Positions 10,694 through 21,816 of a stretch of 64,000 nt of DNA are shown piece after piece. The position numbers and the translations under genes are program-made. The stretch's first letter is position 1. The number at the start of each line of letters is the position of its first letter. Under the pieces are notes generated by a model. It searched no databases, was not told where the DNA came from, and saw only the letters and a program-made list of their open reading frames with translations. The DNA lies in assembly GCA_049999805.1 (NCBI GenBank), contig JBNGIO010006303.1, positions 17,895 through 81,894 on the forward strand. Reading direction: 5' to 3'. Origin of the DNA: Folioceros fuciformis. Lineage: Eukaryota.

Positions 10694-13600
10694 TTACATT
10701 ATTACACACTTTTCTTTTTTAGCGTCGGGTTTGGAGGAGGCCGTGCTTGTTCTTGGGCCCTGTAAACAATACACAACAACTCGTCGAAATTTTAGTTTGT
10801 CAGCCTATACAGCGTGTCTACAAAACCCTCAACATTATCTTCGCGAGCTGAAACCTTTGGGCAGGCGGGTGCAATTCCAAAATGTCAACTTACTGTGATG
10901 AGCCTATTCACCGCACTCAGAGCAGTAGACCTCGTTGGTTGCGGTGCAGGTAGAGGCTCAGCTATCCTTTGTCGCAATTGTTGCTGTGCAGCTTCCTGAG
11001 CTGCTGGATGCTCCTCCTGAGTCTGCTGCTCGTCAAATTCCTGTTGTTGAAGGGCTAGAGCTAGCTGCAAATCCGTGCTGATACACCAAGAGCTGGGTTA
11101 GGCTACGCTAGCCAGATCCACTTGCAAGGTGATTCCAAGTAGAAGGCAGGAGCTACTTACTTGTAATCAGCGCCGGATGCAACAGCTTCACGCTGAGTTG
11201 AGATGAAATTCTGTAAAGCAGGACAAAGCCATTATCAGGAATGAAAGTCATGCATCATCGAGACATCAGTCAAAGTCTGCACTCATGTGTCATACTAGGA
11301 CACTACCTCCGTGCGAGTCAGTGCATCTTGCTCATTCCATGTACCCACGTTGCTCTCAGCTTGGAAGGGAGTGAAGTTCCCAGTGAAAAACGAGTGGTTT
11401 CCATCCACCTATAAGTCAACATTGTCAGATTCAGGCCCTTAAAACACAGAACTCATCAGCTCAACACAAAATTGCAGAAAGGGGCACTGCATGCAGGCTG
11501 AGCCGAAGTCCATTAATACCCGATCAAGCTTCTCCCAAACAAGATCAGTTTGGTTAAGGTAGCCTTGGTCGGTGGCCAACAAATAAAGGTCTTTGTTGTA
11601 CTGCACACGGTTATGTCAGCTCACGTATCAGCAACGTTATTTTCACCAACAAATTCAGCAACAGCTGGTCAGGGTTAAAACAGTAACAACAACAAACGTG
11701 CCTTGAACATGGTACTGAAATGATTATTTCGAAAAAACACGCACAGTTCCCGATCCTTGACTTCCTCCTGAAGATTAAAAAGCCTGAGCAAGCACGACGT
11801 GGCATGAGACAATTGGATTGCAACCCCAGCATCTGTGGATTGATGCAGAATTCCACAATAAAGATTCACAAATCTGAAGATAGAGTACCCAGTCCAGGTG
11901 AGCTGGTTGCTTTTGATTAGGAAGTCCGCAATCAATTGCTCTGCACCAGGGAACAGAAAGCTCATCATCCAGCCAGTGTGCCATGCATAGTTTAACAATA
12001 AGCTTGTAAGATATGAATGGGACACGATCATCAAGCACACAACACATCCACAACCTTGTCTCTGCTCAAGGAAAACACAGTGGACGCATGGTGTGAGCTT
12101 CCAGGCATCATACCCTCAGTTCTCGCAGCAGTAGAGTCAGCATCCTCTGAGTTCACGATAGCTTCACTACAAGCAGGTCTACTTTCTTGCACCGAGCTCA
12201 GACTTGCCTGCTCAGCAAGTGCAGCTTCTCCTTCATATAAGGGTTCTTTCGTGTCATCTTGAGGGCAACCAATATCATCTTGAGAGCAACCGATTCCACC
12301 TTGGACAACCTCTCCCTCGTACAGAGCTTCCTGCTCGTTGAACTGTGCAATATAAGTGCTTGGAACGTTAGGTTCACAACCCCCCTGGCTTACCAACCTT
12401 TCACTGTCCTTCAGTTGTGAAAGGGCAATCGCCACGCCTTCAGGTCCGGGCTTGGTATCCTGATCCAATGTCTTGGTGGAGTCAGCCTCACCACCCACAG
12501 TAGCTTCTTCATGTTCACTTCCTGGTGCCTCATCAAGTGCAGTAGCATCCCCCACCCGTTCTCCAGGTGCATCACTTGCGAGACAATGGAGGCCATCCAC
12601 TCCCGTGACTGCTCCACCATCCACTCCCGTGACTGCTCCACCATCCACTCCCGTGACTGCTCCACCATCCACCCCTGAAGGATGTACAGCTGCATTAGAA
12701 TCACCAAATGCTTTTGGCAAAACAATCCAGTCCTTCATATCAACTATGTCCTTCCGTCTGTCTTCCACAGAAAGAAGCTTGAAGTCTTCATGAACAAGCC
12801 CAGCGCCGCTTTGAGCACGCACAGTTGCTCTTCCATCACCATCATGGCTAATGTTGGTTCCTACTGTCCGCACTTCTAAAGCACCACCCACGAAAGCCTC
12901 TACATCAACCATTGTTTGCCTAACGTCACTTGGTGTCAGACTCTGGTGTGACAGTTCGACAGGACCAGCATGTTCGTCACTGCCTGAATTCAGAGACATC
13001 ACATCAGACTGACCTTCCTCGACTTGATGTAGGGGAGACCCCTCCGACACCTCAGCAGATGGAACAGTTTCCTCTCTCTGTGGACTGCCCTCGGACAAAA
13101 ACTCCTCTGCAGAGTAGTCCCCAGACCCTCCAGTATTCAGTATTGCAGTGGACAGGGCCCCCACTCCCGACTTAGAGAGCTCCAATGCCTCCAGTAACTG
13201 AGCGGCTTCCAGCTCATCCCCTTTTCTCCGTTTCCCAGCACTGCTACCAGAGTCTGATACTTCTTCTAACAAATTCTCGTTAGGAGAACCACTGAGAGAT
13301 CGAATCACGCTAGACAAGGACGGAGAAGGAACAGTGAACGTGGCGGTAATAGCAGCATTGAAATCAACACTCGATTCCCTTTCAAGTGTCCTGGTCTCTG
13401 GCCTACTTGCCTGGAGAGCAGCCAGTCTATCAGCAAGAGTATTATAGGAGTCTGCACCAATGACCCCCTTTGTGTTATCATCCTGCACATAACCACAGCT
13501 GAGAGCAGTTGGTTGGCAAGTATCGGTATTAGGTGAGCCAAACCAGTGATTTGCCGGCATGACAGTAATCTACAGAACATTGGAATGAAATTGAAGTATT

Positions 13601-14821
13601 ACAGTACAGGGCCCCAAAATACACACCTCACAAATCCAACCATGATAAAGTCCAATGTCTAGGAGATCAAAGATGGCACACTCTGGTGTGAATTCAAAGT
13701 CTTGAGTACTGCAAATCAGATATGAAGTGAGCCACAGCACAGGCTTAGGTAGCCATATTCAATCTCAGTGGATTATGAAAAGGCAACGAAATTTCGACAA
13801 GGCAGGACATCGTCTCTGTCAGCAAAGCCATGCATGCCACAAACACGCTGCACCAGTTACAGCGATAAAAAGCCCACAAACCTATTCTCCATATTGAAAA
13901 TGGAGCAAAACACTCACGTTCTGAACCGGACATTTACATCAATTCCTGTGGCAAGACGAGGAAGCAGATTAATTGAGTCTGCGATGTTTTGCTGTTGATT
14001 GCGTACATATTCTTCGTCTTTGCCCTGCATTTTCATGTGCAGAAAGGAACCTGAGTGATGCAATTATGATGCAAGTAGCTGCCACCCAATGAAAGATGTT
14101 GAGAGCAGTAGAATATTTGGAAGAAAACCTCAAGATTATAATTGGCATCAAGCAATCTTTCTGCCACTAGGGAGAGTAAGTCTCGTGTTGAGATCTCATT
14201 CATTTCTGTGTTGATACTGACATTGTTTCGGAGTAGGAGAACATTGCCTGCAAAGAGACCACACCACATAAACACACACAAAAGGAGACTATGTTGCAGA
14301 ATTAGAGCCTATGCATTCATCCTGCTAAGGACCTTGCACTTACGCTATGCCAGCAGATTAGGTTCTTGCACCACAACTAAAAGTTAAACATGCGCCACAC
14401 GCACACAAGTCTGGCCAATCAGCAATGCAGACTCACCACCTCCTGCACACAAGAAGACCTCATAGCAACATGCCCTCGCATCCCCAGTCTAGTGAATGCA
14501 CAGGCTCGGGCTCCTTTGCCCCTGGAACATGAGGGCGCATGGACAAATTTTTCCACATGCATTCCTTTCTCTTCCCTACAGAGCCGAACTCATCTCAGTT
14601 CATCCGCCACTTAGCCACCAATCGCAAGCAACGTTAGATAATTACCGCAAGGCTCCTAACCCTAAATCGGACAGGCGGGATATGGCGAGGGTTTTACATA
14701 TAGAAAGGAGGGGGCATGGCCCGTTGTCGCTCTGCAGGATGATGGGCACAGACCGACCAAGAAATTGGACCAGCTTCGTCTTATACACGGGGCCATCCCC
14801 GTCCTGGTCGTCGTCCCCCAT
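10694..14821 (-). CDS. MINDY-1/2 family deubiquitinase (FAM63/DUF544) with C-terminal CaaX
   Basis: Exon 1 (14821-14698) encodes VYKTKLVQFLGRSVPIILQSDNGPCPLLSI (catalytic Cys). Later exons encode LPRLATGIDVN, FEFTPECAIFDLLDIGLYHGW, VFFRNNHFSTMFK (catalytic His), LYLLATDQGYL and the MIU-like DLQLALALQQQE. The last exon ends KKEKCVIM*. Confidence 0.9.
12593..12675 (-). repeat. 24-bp coding tandem repeat, about 3.5 copies
   Basis: CCATCCACTCCCGTGACTGCTCCA x3 plus a partial copy; encodes (GVDGGAVT)n in the MINDY large exon. Confidence 0.95.
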
Positions 14822-15740
14822 ACTAGCCCTGCCCAGCGGTCCTCCGCGATCCCTTAGCTCAAACCCCTCTGCGCCACCATCAAGCCCCTGTCAGCGGAAG
14901 CCACAGACACAACTCCACACTCCCTACCCATCCAATTCTCAAGCTCCGCAACTGCAAACACACATTCGGATTCCGATACCCCACTCTCCTCTCCTCACCA
15001 CACAACCACATATTTCGGTCCAAACCGTGTACTGACAAGGTCAATCCTCCAGCTCCTTCTCATGAAGAATAGATACAACAGATTGCAAAAGCATACGCAA
15101 TTGCCGAGACTCACCGCACCCTAGGGCTATCCTCCCAAATTACGGGCTCCCCGATCGAGCACCAACACCGCCCGGCACAGACGGAGTGCGAGCTTCCACA
15201 AGGCAATCTCGGATCCACCCAATGGAAACAGAGGCGGGCATGAATCCACACCAACAGCCCGGTACGCGAAGACCCGGACCCACAATCCCTCTCAGGACAA
15301 GCCACAGGTCGGTCTGCTGGCAGCGCGACGCGATGCAAACTTCGGGATGACATATAAGTAACGGTCGGTCCGCTTGCGATCGCGCTGTGGACGGGAAGCC
15401 GTAGCGCCACTTCTCTAGTCTCTGTCTATATCCTTCTTGCGTCTGTGCGTAGGTGTGTACATATATACATGGGTGTTCTACAAATTTCGACGTCACAAAG
15501 GACACCACGCGCCTAGTTTTGTTCACAAGCGAGTCTTTTCATGCCACTAAAAATTGCTCAGGACTTCATTAGACTACCTAACCCCAAACACAGAGACATC
15601 GTCCCGCTTTCACCAGTCCTCAGTCAGGTCAATGCAGGCTGGGCGTACTTCGCTCGGCCCAGAGCTGGTGCGCGGTTGGTAGCTAGCCCTTGTCGTTTCA
15701 CGCGGGTGCGCGGCCGGGTAGCCGGCGAATGAATGAATCT

Positions 15741-15826
15741 GCAGCGACAAAATCGTTGGTCCCGTCATTTGCTACAACGAAATCAAGTGTCCCGTCTTTT
15801 GCAACAAGAAAATCAAATGTACCGTC
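15741..15826. repeat. Degenerate 30-bp tandem repeat x3, intergenic
   Basis: GC(A/T)(A/G)C..AAATC....GTCCCGTC units with period 30. Confidence 0.6.
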
Positions 15827-16150
15827 TCCCGGAAGACGCAGGCAACAAGGACACAAGTGAAGCTGCGACAACGGGAAGACTGGAATGAGATGACGCCCTG
15901 CCATTCCAGCAGGTGAGGGTTGCAAACATTTCCAAGTGAGCAGTAAGGTGCCTGGAGGTACAAAGGTACTCTTTCTTGCCAAAGAATTCACAGAATGCAT
16001 GGTACACTACTCGCAGCGGGAGCCTGCGAGGTAAAGTTGAAGTTCAACACGGAACTACGGATCCTAGCCTATCCAACAAGGTAAGATTGACATGGCCCTA
16101 GGCGCGAAACGACCTTGTATTGCGAGGAAAGACAGTAGACCACAGCTGGA

Positions 16151-16683
16151 TCAGGTGAGATATCTGATGAACTCGGACGCCGTGGCAACGGCAGCCCCGG
16201 TGATGGCCGACTTGAACATTTTCTCCCGAGAGTATCTGTTGTCACCGAAAGAAAGAAGCGCTCCCGTCAAAGCTCCGCCGAGGCACGCGTTCTTCCAATC
16301 TTGTCTTCCACGGACCTGTCACGCGATGGAGTGATTCAGAGGCGAATTTGCAGCCGTGTTGGAGCTTAGATCCGCGGCAAGCAAGGCCGTCAGTGAGCTC
16401 TCACCTGCTCCATGCCGTACTCCATGCCGGTGTAGATTCCCGCCACAACGCCCCACTGTAAGCCTTCCTGTCCCATTTTCTTCAGTGTTCGCTCCAAGTC
16501 GGCTTTGGTGACGCTCTCCTTCTTCAGCATGTCGAATACTCCTTCAGCAGCAGCGTGCGACGCACCGACGCTTCCAATCTTGAGGAATCCGTCAACCGTC
16601 CTGTTGAGGAAGGGATGTCCCATGTCGACAATGACATCCACTGTGGGAGAGTGAACACTCCCGGACACCCTGGTACGCGGCAT
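16151..16683 (-). CDS. OEP16: Plastid outer envelope pore protein OEP16 (Tim17/22/23, PRAT family)
   Basis: Exon 16683-16405 encodes VDVIVDMGHPFLNRTVDGFLKIG...GMEYGMEQ; exon 16315-16151 encodes VRGRQDWKNACLGGALTGA...ATASEFIRYLT*. Confidence 0.9.
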
Positions 16684-17345
16684 TTTGTGGAGCTTGCTGT
16701 TCCTTCCTCAAGCTGAATTTGTGTAGCAAGAAGGAGCCGTTTCACACACTCTGCCTTCAGGAACAAGTGCACAAACAACAACAAGCTCTCAGATATGGCA
16801 TGCAGGCAAGTTTCAATTTCATTGAAGACAGCAAGACACCGGAATCCAATTCTTACGGGTCACTCGATCCCTTGAGTGCGCCAGTCCGTGGTTAGGCTGC
16901 GGAGAGGGAGGAATGCTTCCAGTCCCAATGAGTGTCCTTGGGTACTCCGGAATCCAAGCATGGAATTTATGCATAGACGGCCCTGCGGTTAGCTCGCGTG
17001 GTTGGTCCGGGACAGGGACAAACTAGCGGAGCTGCTGGGTTGGCGCAGCCGGATCGGTCCGACGAAACTCACGATAAGACACGCGTCCAGCAGCCGACTA
17101 CGTGGCACGTGGTGGCCCTGCGTTGGTTCATTGTCCTTGGATGCTTTTAACCAGGGTTTGATTGGCAGCACTGACAGCTTCATCGTGGCGTTCATCCGTA
17201 CGAAACTGTGGTAGGTGTAGGAAGTCTTGCAAGACACGTTTCGGTAATCCTGGAAGCCCCACAGTCCTTTGCGGTACAGAGTCTTCCGCTAATTGATTAA
17301 CGTGATATTTACAATGCAGTTCTGGTACACCGATGTTGAGGGCAA

Positions 17346-19503
17346 TTAGAGAGAGTTGGCTAATGGAGTGGATGGAATGACAACGTTGGCGCGTTGTCGA
17401 GAACATGCTATCAACTCGGCATTCGGTCTGTCATTATTCAGCACCTGCGAAAGAACAAGAGATGCAATTCAGCAGCATTCTGCTAACCACATTGCACTGA
17501 GGTCTGTGATGCTAACGACATTGCACTGAGGTCTGTGATGTTCTAACTACATTTCTCACCCGCCATAAAGCGCGGTCTGGTGTGGATCCTGCAGGAATTC
17601 GTTTACATCTTGTCAACACAAGACTGACAGTGACGTTGGCAGACCACTTGTCAACAATTGAGCAAAAACCTACCGGTTGCAATGTGCCTTTTCTCTACTC
17701 TCCTCATGGCCTCATCCATGTCCACCTGAATGAACCTGCAAGGGAAAGGGAAGCAGTTCAGCATTCAACACTGGTTGCCGTCCATTGCTGAGGCTCCCGA
17801 TTGTATCCACAAGCCTTCAATGCTCCCTGAAAAGTTGTTCAAGGAAAAATTTCCACTGGGGAAGAGTTTGGCCGAGCATGTCCGCAGATTTCCAACTCAG
17901 CGACAGGCTTCAGGTCTTGGTCTGACGCACCAGGTTTCGTCAAATATGTCCGCCAGCTCCTTCCAGTAGCCATTAGCCATGAGCAGGTAATTCCCCTCCA
18001 CAAGCACCACTCTTTGCCTGCAGGCGCAAGGACCCCAAAACCTAGCTTATCGCTAGCAGCCAGCACTCCATGGATCTCGTGAGAGCTTTACCGTCGCATC
18101 CTATGTCGTGGTCTCCTATGTGCAATCGAAACCCAACAGACCCAGTGACTGATGTGCTTACCGATAGGTGATGACAATGTCATCCTCTACAGGGTCTCCA
18201 ACACCATGATCAAAAGATGGAAAGGAGGCCCACCCCTAGCAATGGAACAGCCCATCCACCCGGTGAATGTTGGTCAAGTCATGTACATGGAATAGATTAA
18301 ATCGACGTAGTACTTGCGTATCGTAATCGAAGCTAGTTCACAAACCTGAATGCGAAGATCGACGAGGCCCTGCAATAGGTTTGCTGGGTCAAAAGTCCAA
18401 GGAGCTGGAAAGTAGTCGAATGAGACCGCTAGCTGAACTACCAGACAAAGCTCGAGCAAGCAGGAAAGAAAGAGGAGATCCACGAACTCACCTCCTCTTC
18501 TAGCATGTGCTGCAACAGGATCCTGCACAGATCGGGGAATTGAAAAAAACTGCACACACAAAACTGCAAAAGGAAAGCCAGAAGGCCAGCAGATTATTAT
18601 GGTGCTCATATGTCTTGCAGAGGAAAGCAGTTCCACATACCTTCATTGCGTCCAGCTGTCGCCTGTAGAGGTGAAAGCCATCCATAGGGAGAGCAATGGC
18701 AAGATCGTCGACAGCCCCATCCTGGTTGACCTTCCTTTGGCGCCACATAGCATTTAAGCGGGTGACTACCTCATTTGCCACAGTAGATTTTCCAGCCCCT
18801 GGTGGCCCTGCAAGCCCGACCACATATCTGTCGCGAATCGGTCAAGAACATAGTCCAGCCATCCGACCCGGAAGCTCTGTCTCACCTACTTTCTAACAGA
18901 AAAAACTTGGGTGCTGTTCATGAAGGGGATGCCCGGTTGGATGCACCCACTGTCATGCTTTCATGGCAATGTCTCACTTGGAATTGGAAGCTGTCGTTTC
19001 TGCTGCTGAGAGCAATCGCTGTGCGAGCTGATCATAGGCTTCCTCCATCGTGCTACAACATAAGGCATGGATCCTGACTTCAGGTGTTGCCATCACACAA
19101 ACTACAGCTGGCTTAGCGGAGCCAACAGCGAGGGGGACGCGTTGAGTTAAACCTGAGCTGCAGGAAAACTGGTGGACTCTTTAGACCCCCGTCTGCCTGT
19201 GCCAAATGAAGACGGGGCAAGTCGAAGTTAGCACAGAGGCTGGGAGAGATGAACCCAATTGCTATACCGAGAGTTACACAACACACTCACATTGTTCCTC
19301 AACGTTGCCAGCGACTTGGGAGCGTGTTGGAATCGCCACCTCACAGATCGAATCCCAGTAATCGTAGCCGCGCCATGAAATTTGTCACAGCTCCTCCGAC
19401 ATGGTGCATACCAGCCCACAACCGATTTGTTGCGGCTGCTGCTTCCACTTGCCCGTCCCACTGTTGAGAATTGCGAAGGAGGATGACGAGGTAGCGATGC
19501 CAT
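17346..19503 (-). CDS. Phosphoribulokinase/uridine kinase family P-loop protein (YggC/Yfh7-like), probable organellar transit peptide
   Basis: Walker A GLAGPPGAGKST, then PMDGFHL, RRGAPWTFDP, PSFDHGVGDPVEDDI, VLVEGNYLL and NDRPNAELI. Stop at 17346. The N-terminal exons and start codon are uncertain. Confidence 0.82.
17482..17540. repeat. 29-bp tandem duplication within an intron
   Basis: GCTAAC(C/G)ACATTGCACTGAGGTCTGTGAT x2. Confidence 0.85.
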
Positions 19504-19743
19504 GCCGTCTTCACATGGCAGCAACGCTCCGACACAAAAGTTGCATCACCGCATTTATGGACAGAAGCCCACCTTTAACCGGTACGCGCTTGGAATTTAC
19601 CGGTCAGCGACTCCAGAATGGGACCAGGATTTACGACTCCTCGGGACCTGGCAGCAACAGATTCAGGCCGATGAACATCATGCGCGGGCTGGAGCATCGG
19701 GGAGGGTGCATCATCTTCCAGCGTTTGTAGCTTGTGGGTAGCA

Positions 19744-21114
19744 ATGGCTGCGACGTTGCATCTAAGGCCTGGGTTCACTTTCCGCCCGAGGTGCTATCCA
19801 GTAGCCTCACCGTCTCAGAGGTCAGATTTGGACTCGAAAGCCAGCGTTTGCTGGGGATGTTCGGAGTTTGCCTGTAACCTTTTGTTGCTTGTGGCAGGAC
19901 GTGGTGCTGTGTTGGTCAGAACTTGAATTCCGACTCCAGTGATGAACCCAAGGGCAGTCCACTGGTCACCGCTGAGTTGAGGGCCAGCTTGAAACTCACA
20001 GCAGAGAAGCTCCTACCCAACGCTAGAATTGTGAGGGAGCAAGGGGACAGCGTAATGCAGCACAGCGTTGGTGTTGATTTTGGGGATAGCAGAACAGGTA
20101 TTGCTATCAGCTTCAGGGGCTTCGCTCCGTCTCCCTTGTCAGTAAGTTTCTGAAGCAACACCCGTCCCGTCGTATCGTGCTTCTCTCGTATGTGGGACTT
20201 GTGTTTGGATCGTGAAGAAAATGCCACTGTGGGTGATGATTCCAGGTGACCCAGCTGCGGGGAGATAAACTGTTAGCGCACTTACTGGACGTGGCGAGTA
20301 AGCAGGTGAAGTTCTGTTTGTACGCAGGTTTCCCTTGGCAGGAGGGTCAGCAACTCTGAAGCTGCTGACACCAGATGGTCGGCCCATCAGGTTTTTGAAT
20401 GACTCTGCTGAAAGCTGACAAGTTCAGGGTTGGTTTACGGCCTCTGCAGAGAGCCGATGAGTTCATCGTTGGGCTGCCCAGATCCTGGGATGGGAAGGAA
20501 ACAATCCAGTCCAACAAGACTCGATCCTTTGCTGGGAGGTTAGCTCAGCACGCTGTTAACAGGTGGGAGAACGTATTGTCAGGATGAAATTCCATCTCCT
20601 CCGTGAGATGCAGCTTTCTTGATGCATGCTGTTGTGTATTCCTTGCAGAGGATGCCGGGTGTACCTGTACGAGGAATATGGAACATCTCAGGATGCAATG
20701 GAGTACATGATAGACTAGTATGCTCTCCTTTCACGTACTGCCTGCCAGCTGCTAGAATCGGATTCTTGTTTCACTTCTGCATGGTTGGCTGGCAATGTGC
20801 TGAAAGCGAATGCTTTCCTGCTCGTAGTGGTTCCAAGAAGAGCTCACGGAAGAACTTTCTGGATGCCTACGCTGCAATGGTTAGTGAGTGCCCTTGCCAC
20901 ACCACATGGACGAATTGGGTATTTGATTTCATCACTTGTCCTCAGCACAACTCGCTCCAGCGTTCTCTCGTTTTCACAGATGTTGCTGCGCAACTACTTC
21001 GACAACGGTGGAGCTCAAGCCCAGTTGGTGCTGCCCAAGAAAGTGGATGAACAAGTGCGATTGTTCGAAGAGTACAATGCACTCAAATTGAGTAGGGCAA
21101 AAGACGAGGAATAA
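19744..21114 (+). CDS. YqgF/RuvX RNase H-like protein (putative pre-16S rRNA nuclease), organelle-targeted
   Basis: Motifs SVGVDFGDSRTGIAIS, DEFIVGLPRSWDGKET, VYLYEEYGTS and LDAYAAM|MLLRNYF. N-terminus MAATLHLRPGFTFRPR is transit-peptide-like. Confidence 0.85.
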
Positions 21115-21816
21115 GACTTCTGACTATCGTGATATTCCTGGCATCGACAACCAGCCTATGTATGTACGTGGTCTGCGCCGCATGAAACTAGGTGTTCGTT
21201 TTCAAAAAGGGTGGGTGGATACAGAGCACCTGTGAACGTCCACGAACAAACGTCAGACCCGGGCCCATATCCGTAGCACCGGTTTTTCTTACGTGAAAAG
21301 ACGGCTCGGAGCCGGAAACATAATGATATACAGCACTGAGATCGACTCCTTCACCAGTCAGGGAGGGCCCAGGAATCTGTCCGAAGACGTCGAGCTACAG
21401 CTGTAAAAGAGGTCCTCAGTGCAACAAATAGCATGAACCGAGAGAAACCCCTCGTAGAAAAGGCAATGTTGCATCTCCGTCACCACCAATGTGGATGGTT
21501 GTGTACTCCATAAGAAAAACAACATAGCCAGCAGTGCAGAATGATTTCTTCACCCTTACCTTCACCTAATCCACAGAGCCCTTCTCCAAAGCAGTTATAC
21601 TCCTGGGCCCATAGGCAGAGCCATAGCCATTCGGTCCACACACACTGTTGGGCAACGATAACCTTGCAGACTCGTGTGTCGGAAAGCACGTGATTAGCAT
21701 GGAATATATGTAGCTTCCTACTTCCCAACCTACCTTTCAAGAAAGTCACTGGAGGCACGATGGAAAGCTGAGAGACAGCTGTAATATCTACAAAGCATCA
21801 CTTTGTACGTGGCCCG

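Noticed and set aside
17346-21114. Bacterial horizontal transfer or operon for the kinase and YqgF pair
   Set aside because: Both genes have multiple spliceosomal introns and targeting peptides and belong to families widespread in plants.
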